The notes beneath the pieces were generated by a model that saw only the letters and a list, made by a program, of their open reading frames with translations, did no database searches and had not been told where the DNA came from. Position numbers and translations under genes: made by a program. A DNA stretch of 64,000 nucleotides from Scyliorhinus canicula. Lineage: Eukaryota. Shown in pieces: positions 51,901 to 61,961 of this stretch. Each line of letters starts with the position of its first letter. The first letter of the stretch is position 1. The stretch covers positions 43,921,159 to 43,985,158 of the forward strand of contig NC_052158.1 of assembly GCF_902713615.1 (NCBI RefSeq), written 5' to 3'.

Positions 51901-54570
51901 ACAAGGGGTCACGATTTCAAGGTGAGAGGGGGAAAGTTTAAGGGAGATGTGCGTGGAAAGTTTTTTACGCAGAGGGTGGTGGGTGCCTGGAACGCTTTAC
52001 CAACGGAGGTGGTAGAGGCGGGCACGGTAGCATCATTTAAGAGGCATCTAGACAGGTATATGAACGGCCGGGAACAGAGAGAAGTAGACCTTGGAAAATA
52101 GGAGACAGGTTTAGATAAAGGATCTGGATCGGCGCAGGCTCGGAGGGCCGAAGGGCCTGTTCCTGTGCTGTAATTTTCTTTGTTCTTTTCTTTGTTCTTT
52201 GTAGGGCCAGTAGGACGGTCTTCCAGACCATCGCGTTCTCCCTCTCCACCCGCCTATTCCCCTGGGGTTATAACTTCTGCTCGAGGCGATGCCCTTACTG
52301 AGCAGATACTGATGCAGTTCATCGCTCATGAACGATGAGCCACGGTCACTGTGGACATAATTGAGGAAATCAAACAGAGTGAAGACACTATGTAGGGTTT
52401 TAATGACGGTGGCCGTGGTCATGTCGGGGCACGGGATCACAAAGGGGAAGCGGGAGAACTCATGGATATTGTTGAGAAAATCTGTATTGCGGTTGTTGGA
52501 GGGGAGGAGCCCTTTGAAATCGATACTGAGGCGCTCAAAGGGCCGGGATGCCTTTACGAGGTGGGCCTTATCTGGTCGATAACAGATACTGTACAGATTT
52601 GGCAGTCCCTGGTCATAGCTCTGGCCTTCTCGGTGAGGTAGGGCAGGTTGTGGGCCATGATGTAGTGGAGAAGTCGGGTGATCCCCGGGTGGCAGTGGTC
52701 ATCGTGGATAGCACGTAGTTGGTTATCTTGCGCGCTGGCGCATGTGCCGCTGGACAAGGCATCTGGCGGTTCATTGAGTTTCCCAGGACGATATACTATA
52801 TCGTAATTATGGGTGGAGAGTTTGATCCTCCACCTCAAGATCTTATTGTTCTTGTTTTTGCCCCGCTGCGTATTATCGAACATGAAGGCTACCGATCGTT
52901 GGTCGGTGACGAGGGTAAACCTCCTACCAGCGAGGTAGTGCCTCCAGTGCCGTACGGCTATCACGATGGCTTGGGCCCCCTTTTCCACTGAGGAATGCCG
53001 AATTTCGGAGGTGGTGAGGGTGCGCGCAAAAAACGCTACCCGTCTGCCTGCTTGATTGAGGGTAGTGGCAAGAGCAACCTCTGATGCGTTGCTCTCCACC
53101 TGGAAGGGGACAGACCCGTCCACCGCGGCTTTGGCGATGTCCGCCTTGATGCAGCTGAAGGTCTGACGGGCCTCAGTTGCCAGTGGGAAGATGGTGGCCT
53201 TGATTAGTGGGCGGGCTTTGTCCGCATAGTTGGGGACCCACTGGGCGTAATATGAAAAGAACCTGAGGCACCTTTTCTGGGCTTTGGGGCAGTGGGAGTT
53301 GCAGGAGGGGGCGCATACGGTTGGGATCGGGTCTTAGAATCCCGTTTTCCACGACGTAGCCGTGGATGTCTAGTCTGGTTGTGCGGAAAACGCATTTCTC
53401 CTTGTTGTAAGTGAGGTGAAGGGTTTGGGCGGTTTGGAGAAATCTGCGGAGGTTGGCATCGTGGTCCTGCTGGTTGTGTCCGCAGATGGTGACATTGTCC
53501 AAGTATGGAAATGTGGCCCGCAGCCTGTACTGGTCCATCATTCGGTCCATTGTTCTTTGGAAAACCGAGACCCCATTCATGACGCCAAAGGGGACCCGGA
53601 AGAAGTGGAAAAGGCGGACGTCTGCCTCAAAAGCCGTGTAGTGGCGGTCGTCCGGGTGGATTGGGAGCTGGTGGTATGCAGACTTCAGATCCACCATGGA
53701 GAACACCCGGTAGTGTGCGATCTGGTTAACCATGTCTGCAATCCGGGGAAGGGGGTACGCATCGAGTTGCGTGTACTGGTTTATGGTTTCGCTGTAATCT
53801 ACGACCATCCGGTTCTTTTCCCCGGACTTGATGACCACCACCTGAGCTCTCCAGGAGCTATTGCTGGCCTTGATGATCCCTTCCCGCAAGAGTCACTGGA
53901 CCTCGGACCTGATAAAAGTCCTGTCCTGGATGCTGTACTGCCTGCTTCTGGTTGCAACTGGTTTGCAGTCGGTGGTGAGATTTGCGAAGAGTGGGGGAGG
54001 GTCGACCTTTAGGGTCGCGAGGCTACATACGGTGAGTGGGGGTAGGGCACCCCCGAATTTCAGGGTTAGGCTCCTGAGGTTGCATTGGAAATCTGGTCCC
54101 AATAGGAGAGGGGGGCAGAGGTCTGGGAGTACATAAAATTTAAAATTGGCGAACTCGCTGCCCTGTATTGCTAGGGTTGCGGTAGTGCACCCTCGGATTT
54201 GCACCGAGTGCGACCCAGAGGCGAGGGAGATGGTTTGGTGCGCTGGGAAAATTGGGAGCGAGCAGCATCTTACCATGTCCGGATGAATGAAGCTCTCTGT
54301 GCTCCCGGAGTCGAAGAGGCAAGGCGTTTCGTGCCCGTTTACCCGGATGGTCATCATGGAACTCCGGAGTTGTTTGGGTCGCAACTGGTCCAGAGTGACC
54401 TCGCTGAGTTGCAGGTAGCCGGCGTGGTCGGAGGCACTGGGGGCGGTTCCATGATGGCTGCCCTTGTTGGTCACACGTGTCGAGCGGCGTAGCAGATGAC
54501 GGCCAAGATGGCGGCCCCCGTTGGTTGAGCGTGGGCACTTTAAATGGCCCCCGACAGGCACCATGCGCGA
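48977..54570 (-). mobile_element. Gypsy retrotransposon: 3' LTR 48977-49259, IN, RH, RT, PR; 5'-truncated
   Basis: LFDSGS protease, FPYLDN RT, (D)AS..AL / SSVEK.A RNaseH, HSDRGSSF integrase; PPT next to LTR. Confidence 0.9.
49900..52200 (+). mobile_element. CR1 LINE (5'-truncated ORF2) inserted in the Gypsy integrase
   Basis: ORFs 49959-52101, [15 protein letters not shown]; (ttctttg)n tail; integrase reads through across it. Confidence 0.9.
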
Positions 54571-54842
54571 CTGGCAGGTCCGTGGAAAATCGCGGAAGCA
54601 CTGTCGCATCGGATTTCTGCCATGAACGGCTATTCTCCGCTCCCACACTGGGCGTGATTCCGGCGCAGAGGGTCGGAGAATCCCGGCCATGGGCACTCAG
54701 CATCAGTCAAATTCTCAAGGCTTGCAGTGAAGAAAATACATCCTGACACATACAGGAAGGTTCTGAACTGTTCCTCACCGTGATTTCTGTGTAAATCCTT
54801 AATGGTTTAAAATGGTTTGGAGAGAACGCGAATGTTCTCTCT

Positions 54843-55209
54843 TGGCTCGATCTTCAGGAAAAAATTCTCAGTGCTGTAGCAAATGGAATTGCCATGTGCT
54901 TCCCTGTGCTCTTCCGCCAGGTTCACGTTTTTCAGAAGGAGAACTAATCAGCGTCAACGTGACCACTTGCTGGGGGAGGCCGGTGAATGACAGGAGGCCA
55001 TTGGATGACGGGTGGCTCTCGTTATTTGTATGAAAATGGGGCTTAAGAGGTAATAATTGGTTTCTCGCCACGCTACAATGAGATTCCGATTTCGTCTGTG
55101 GGAGCAGACTGTTTGCCGCCTGACACAGTTTTTATTTTTGGCCTCTCCCGCTATTCACGGGCGTTGTTACGCTTGAGCGGGAGAGTACCGAGGCCGGAAG
55201 ATCGCGCCC
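54843..55209. mobile_element. MITE, TSD TCT
   Basis: tggctcgatcttca ... ggaagatcgcgccc. Confidence 0.7.
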
Positions 55210-56203
55210 TCTGTTGCGTCAGAATTAGTTCCAATGATGATCGTTGTAATTTAACTCTATTACTGCAGGAATTATAAGGGTCCTGTTATTGTTCCGTCTA
55301 AATAGATTACAGGCCATTGTTTTTTGGGGGCAATATCTCTACTTTTTGTTATATATAATGAACACAAAACATAGTAGTTTGGACCACATGATTTCAGGTC
55401 CAATTGAAGTTAGTTCCATTTATTGCATCCTGACCTTTAGAAATAGTAGTGAGAATAGAATACAGTCGCGGACATTTCTGACCACGAAGTCCTGTTCCAA
55501 ATCTTTTTTTTTGTTGAATTAATGACATGCTCGATTTGCCCATTTCTGATGAAGCTGAATCTCTGCATTTCACTGGAGCTCAGAAATCCTGTGCAGAGCT
55601 CTCTATTTGAGATACTAGCGCTTTAAGATCCATAGACAAAAGTTCAATGCAAATGTTAAAACTGTCAATGACTAGAGGAAGAGGGGTACAACTCGTTTTT
55701 CATACTTTAATATGCCCCAACATGTTTAGTGTTTGGAACTGCTCTTTTCTAAAGGAATTCGAAATACTGGAAAGAAGGGACAAAGCAAGTTTTGCAACTA
55801 CTTGAGAACTGGGAGGAGTTTGATAATAGGTACACACACACACATATTGTCCCCTTTTTAAAGACCCTGTTAAACAGGGGGCGTGCATTTTTTGCATGGC
55901 AGCGAAGGAATTTGAAGAATTGCACAGCATTTGTGATACATTTAGGAATTATCACATGGTGATGGTCTCTTGTGTGCATATGAAAGAGGTGTTTTGAATA
56001 TGGTTTTCACAGCCCTGCCATTTATCTGAATGTAGCTGTGTAACAATTATGATATAATTTATACATTGGAAAACTTGCCTCTTCTACCGCTGACCCAAAG
56101 TGGCTGCTGAGCAAATGCAGTAAGATTTTGTTTTCCATTTTTATGGTGAAATTCTAATTTCTAACTTGCCACTATAAATGACGAGTGAATAAACTAACAC
56201 TGT

Positions 56204-56791
56204 GGGCGGGATTCTCCGATCGCTGAAATTGCGTTCGGTGATCAGCCGGAGAATCCCAGTTTACGCCAGAATCAGGGGGCCGGTGCCGTTTTTGCGATGC
56301 TCCACCCGCTCATAAACGGCATAAATGGGGAGTACACCGCACGCTGTATGGACATTCTCAAGGCGTCACCTGTGGACCTCCCCCGATGCACCGAGTCCCC
56401 GATGGCGTGGGACACGTGTGCTCACACCGTTCGGGTACTTGGACTGAGTCCAGCGCCACTACAGTTGGGAGGGGGCAGCCGTTCTGCTGGCAGGGGAGCC
56501 TTCGTCAGGCGCTGGGGTAATGGTGGGGCCGTGGTACGGTGTGGCGAGGCTGGTCACAGGGGAGCAGTTTTTGGCTGGCCATAGCTGGCACCATGTTGCA
56601 CAGCGCGGCTGTCACAGGCCTCCGGTGCCCATGCAAGGCCACGGACCTGGCCATTCTCCGGCTGTATCCTACACTGCCGGGCTGGTAGCCCCGCACTGAA
56701 CAGAGGATTAGTGCCGGAGCCGCGCCGACTTTCTGGTCGTAAGACCAGAGGGATCCTGCGGACATAGCTGTAGAATCAGAGAATCCAGCCC
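56204..56791. mobile_element. GC-rich MITE, TSD tgt/agt
   Basis: gggcgggattctcc ... agagaatccagccc. Confidence 0.75.
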
Positions 56792-56866
56792 AGTGATTAC
56801 CCAACGTGACGCGTGTTCAAGTGCCGCATAAAACAATTACGTCGTCTGCCTTTTTTTCTGAGGACC

Positions 56867-57434
56867 ATGTGTGTTGTACGTCTTTTTTCCTGTATTAAAC
56901 GATTTCTTAAATCCCTTTAACATTAGCAGCGAAGAACTGTTTAGATGTATTTGAACGATAGAAATGAATAATCGTCCGCTGTTAGAATATTTCCATTCCA
57001 CATTCTATTACACATTTCGCTGTCGAAATTTGGAAGTTTTTCGATTAACTAAACTGCGCTCCGATGCAAGAGAAATGACAATTCTATATTTGTTGTATGA
57101 TCCAAACTATCAGCCTATCCCTAGCGAAGCTCACGCTCTGCTGTCAACAAAATCAAACGCGTCTTTGCTGGACAGGATCAGACAGCTTTGGTCAAATTCA
57201 TTATTAAAACTTACAGACGCAATCGTGTCAGACTATTCTGAAGAAAGCTTAATGTCCCACCCACATTATCGTCGCGATTTAATCAGCTTATATGAATGCA
57301 AACATAGCATAAAGATAGAAAATGAAGAACATCACAAACGCCAAATGCATCACATTCAAATGTCTGCCTGTTGATTATTTGGTAGCGTCTAATTTTATAT
57401 CTACCCTTCATTTAACATTTATTTTTGTAATAAA
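56867..57434 (+). pseudogene. Compact intronless gene remnant of unknown product (contains ORF 56964-57374)
   Basis: CATAAAA at 56827, accATG at 56867; one frameshift and one TGA join it to a 136-aa ORF; AATAAA at 57429. Confidence 0.45.
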
Positions 57435-58261
57435 TTCATCTGTTGTTTCCATGGTCCAACTGTACCACAACAAATATATTCCGGTGTAGGGCCATAGTAG
57501 TTGTTGGGCTAGATTACCTGACAATAACTGAACATGAACTAATAATTACAATGCTGAATTAAATCAGCTAGTGGGTCTCAATCAAGACCTTTGCCTCGGA
57601 GGGACAAGCGATACCGCTGAAATGTGATGGGATTCTCATTTTAGCCATTTGCGTGGTGGCAATTAAACGTCAGCATTTATGCCAGCAAGGTTTAACTTTC
57701 AGTCACTCACCAGCACTCCGATAAACCCGAAGAGGCAAGTAAATAATGGCAATCCAGATCGTGGAGAGCTCTCCTTCGTCTGAAGATTAGAAACGCTAAG
57801 AAGATTCAACTTTCAACTGGTCAGTCGGGATCACACAGAGAAGGTGCTTGATTCTGGTGCAACAGGTACCATCATTCAGTACATTCGGATTTATTCACTA
57901 GTTGTTGCGTTCCACTTACAAGCTGCAGATCTCTTCACTTCATAATAATACAATTTTCCCGAACATTTTTTATTACAATCGTGTTACTTTACCAACCAAT
58001 GTTTTATGCGTAATACAGATTGCGAATATTATTGAAATTATTACTGCTGTGCAGTTGAATAACGAAGAGAGCCAAGAGAAACTTTAAATCTCTTATAATT
58101 GTCTTTCTTATCCGGTCCCAAATACACATCTTACCTAGACTGTCAGTATGCTTAGAAATGTAATTCACCAATTAAACAGACCTCGCATATCTTGTTGGAT
58201 AACTTTAATCTCTCAATTTAACACTTGAGAGAACCAGTTGAAGAAAACATGGCCATGAATA

Positions 58262-58415
58262 GAGAAGTCTTACAACACCAGGTTAAAGTCCAACAGTTTT
58301 GTTTCAAACACTAGCTTTGGGAGCACTGCTCCTTCCTCCTAAGGTTGACCTGGTGACCTGGTGTTGTAAGACTTCTTACTGTGCGCACCCCAGTCCAACA
58401 CCGGCATCTCCACAT
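58262..58415. mobile_element. Penelope-derived fold-back mini-element; TSD catgaata
   Basis: agaagtcttacaacaccaggt ... acctggtgttgtaagacttct plus tail. Confidence 0.85.
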
Positions 58416-58619
58416 CATGAATACAGAAGCATAGCAATTTCCCTTATCACACTGCAGTTGTCAGCTTGTCAGCCCACTAATTGCTGGATTAGACCTGAAA
58501 GATGTAAATGACCCCATCCAGTCCAAGTATAGATCTTGCAATTTCTCCATGGTTCATTTTATCACTACAGTAAGGGTTAAATAGGAATAAAGGAGCGACT
58601 TCTCCCAGAGAGGTAATCG

Positions 58620-58893
58620 GGCGGCATGGTTGCACTGCTGCCTCACAGCTCCAGGGACCCGGAGTCCAGGGAGTTTGCACGTTCTTCCTGTGTCTGCGTG
58701 AGTTTCCTCTGGGTGCTCCGGCTTTCTCCCACTGTCCAAAGGTATGTCGGTTAGGCGGTTTGGCCATGCTAAATTGCCCCGAGGCGGTATTACTGGGATG
58801 GGGTGGGGGATTGGCTTTAGGTAGGGTGCTGTTTCAGTGGGTCCGTGCAGACTTGATGGCCCAAATGGCCTCCTTGTGCACTGTCGGGATTCC
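58620..58893 (+). mobile_element. Diverged HE1-type SINE
   Basis: Core ggtgctccggctttctcccactgtccaaa and tail. Confidence 0.75.
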
Positions 58894-58999
58894 ATCTGTG
58901 GAGCTGGCTGTGTGCACTTTTAGGGAAGTGGAGACTATGGGCTGATTTGATGGAGCTTTGAAAGTAACAACACTGTCTTCATGACTTCATGTGGACAAA

Positions 59000-59570
59000 T
59001 TATTCCAATTGGAGAGGTTAGGGAGGACCAACGGTCATATTTACAAGGGCAAGAACAGAACTACAGATTCATCAATCGTTAAAAGTAACAAGGCAGCTCA
59101 ACAAGGACATTTTATTTTTTAAAAATAGACACGGATCTATTTTTGGAGGAATAGAATTGAAAATCAGAGAAATGATGCTGAACTTGTCCAGAACCTTGTT
59201 TAGACCACACTTGGTGAGCTGCGCAGAGTTCACATCAACATATTGAAAAAGGACAGAAAGGAACTGGGGAAGGTGCAAAAACATAGATAAGGATGATATT
59301 GAGAATTGAGAAATTGCAACTACAGGTATCAGGAAAGTCTAAACAGGCTGGGAGTCTTTCCCTGAGAAAAGAGAAGGTTGAGGGGGGACATCACAGAAAT
59401 CTTTAAAAAGATGAATAATAGAATTAAGAATTTGGGGTAAACGGAGAGATGTTTCCACTTGTGTGCGAGAGTCCAAAACTAGGGTCCAGAAATATAGGTT
59501 GGTTAATAATAAGTCCAATGAGGAATTCAGGAGAAACATCTTACCCAAAAGAATGATTAGAATGTGCAAT
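59000..59570 (+). mobile_element. Old CR1-type LINE 3' fragment
   Basis: LFRPHL, gagaaaagagaaggttgaggggg relics. Confidence 0.6.
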
Positions 59571-59895
59571 GAGAAGAGAAAATGCTGGACAATCTCAGCA
59601 GGAAGTCTGACAGCATATGTGAGAGAGAACAGAGCTAACATGGCGAGTCAGAATGACTCTGGTTTATCCTCGGAAATTAGATACATTGAACTCACAGACT
59701 GTACATCCCAAATTCTGCTATCAGACACAGCACTCGGCCTCCCATACAGGAGAAACTGTTCCTGTGTGATGTGGATGAAAATGATTCTCATGCTTTTTTT
59801 TGGAAAGTATTTTTATTCTAATTTTCAACATTTTAGATTTTACAACAAAATAAACACACCTAACACATTAAACCTATTAAGAAGCCCCTCTCCAC

Positions 59896-60823
59896 TGTAG
59901 CCACCTGGGATGGCCACTTCCAACTAGGTACAGAGAAACTCGCAAAGACTGATAGGTAAAATGGACAAGCAAAGAATCAGGCAGGCTCAGAGCCTGAAAT
60001 ACATATTTGTCAGCAAAGTCCAGACAGCATCGAAACTCCATCCCATTAGCATGGTTAATCAGGCAGATTAGCAGGTGATAGCCCGTGTCCTCCAAAACAA
60101 AGGACTGGTACTCCAGCAACCGGGACAGTCCCAGTCATTTCGGCGCCACTCCCTGTCCAAGGGAAATGCAAACAACGGGGTCAATGACCGCTTGGGACAT
60201 GCCCAGCCATCCAGATCCCCGCCCACTTAATGGCTAAGGAATCGAACAGAGTGATCAGGGATCACCCAATTAGTAAGGCCCAAATCGAAGGACCGCCCAA
60301 AAGAGTGCGAACCCCCCCCCCCCCCCCCCCCCCCGAGCATAAAGGAAGAGTTCGCCATATTTCACTCTCTTTTGGCCTTGGTACCCTGGTCACGGCCATT
60401 GCTGATTGCAGCAACACCAGAAGCAAGTTTGAGTTCAACGCCCACTACCAGATGGATGAGCCCAGCTGAGCAGCAGTTATCACTTCAAACCCAAGAGATC
60501 CAGAATTGAACCGCAGCCACTGTTTCCTGACCTAAGCCGGGTGCCCGAAGTTAAGTACAGGTTGTCTTAGTAATAGGTGTAGTTGACTAGTAGTGTTTAT
60601 GTTGCATGACTGTTTGTATGTAAATAAAGTACCTTTGACCTTGAACTAACTAACTGGTGTTTGGCTCTTTGATCGATAGCCGGTTGAAACTTGTGGTGGT
60701 ATCATTCGATACCTGGTGACTCTAAGCATTCGGACATGGACAATATAGAAAGAAGGCAAATTCACTGATTGCCCTAATTGGAACAGAGCCACAGAAAAGA
60801 CCAAGTAGGAGAGAAAACACACA
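59896..60823 (+). mobile_element. Solo LTR; TSD CCAC
   Basis: TGTAGCCA...ACA, AATAAA at ~60623, TSD at 59892-59895 and 60824-60827. Confidence 0.8.
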
Positions 60824-60843
60824 CCACCCATCCCTCCATGGGC

Positions 60844-61961
60844 TGTAGCCATCAGGGATGGCCACGTCCCGATTACAAAATGGACACTTTGCAAAGAATG
60901 TAGGGAAATTGGACAATACTTTTTTTTAAATAAATTTAGAGTATCCAATTATTTTTTCCAATTGAGGGGCAATTTAGAGTGGCCAATCTACCTACCCTGC
61001 ACATCTTTGGGTTTTGGGGGTGAAACTCACGCAGACATGGGGAGAATGTGCAAACTCCACACGGACAGTGACCCAGGGCCGGGATTCGAACCCGGGTTCT
61101 CAGCGCCGTAGGCAGCAATGCTAACCACTGTGCCGCCGTGCTGCCCTCGAAAATGGACAATACTGAGAAAGAAAGCAGGTGCAAGGTTTGTCTGTTGATT
61201 GGAGTTGTCGTCCCAGACAAGACCGATACTGCAAAGCCATTACCATACTAATGAGCCATCTCCGGGGACAAAAGAGTAACATTTAGGTAAATGATACTAA
61301 GGCAGACACCCCGGTGCCAGAGGAGACTAGAAGTAAGCAGGCCAACGGCCACCTAGGACCCGCCCAGCAATCAGGGCACCCACCCCTTTATTGGAGGAAA
61401 TCAATAGGAATGATCAAGATGCAGTCCAATTAATTGGCATCAAGTTCAAGGCCCACCCAAAAGCGCACAAAGCCGCTTTGGGTATAAGAAGAAGCCCCCA
61501 AGACAGAATTGCTCTCTTGGCCTTGGTTCTCAGCGAGGAGAGACCTGCCTAGCAGCTCCACCAGAACAAGTAAGTCCAAAGTCAACGCACGCTACGAGAC
61601 AGACGCTCCTAGCTACTATTCCGTACCAGCTCAACCCCAGCAGCCTCAGAACCGGACAACGGCCATTGTTCCTCTGACTGAGTGGGAGCCCGAAGCTAAG
61701 TATGGGCTTTAGTAGTAGTGATAGTTTAGTTGGTAGAGTTTTGTGCATGAGTATAATTGACTGTGTGTGTAAATAAATGAGCATTGATTTCGAACTTATT
61801 AACTGGTGTGTCGAGTCTTTGATCAGTATTCGGATTTGAACCTTGTTGCGGTATCGAAAGATACCTGCCGACTCTTGAACAAACGTAATTAGAATTAAGG
61901 AAGGCGACCACATTAACCGCCATAAACAGAGCCAACTAAAGAGAGAACACAACGAGCAACA
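60844..61961 (+). mobile_element. Related solo LTR; TSD GGGC; SINE inserted at 60919-61147 (-)
   Basis: TGTAGCCA...ACA, TATAA at ~61483, AATAAA at ~61772, TSD at 60840-60843 and 61962-61965. Confidence 0.8.

Noticed and set aside
57835-57880. KVLDSGATGTII resembles a retroviral protease or kinase Gly-loop motif
   Set aside because: Short frame bounded by stops, with no further supporting motif.
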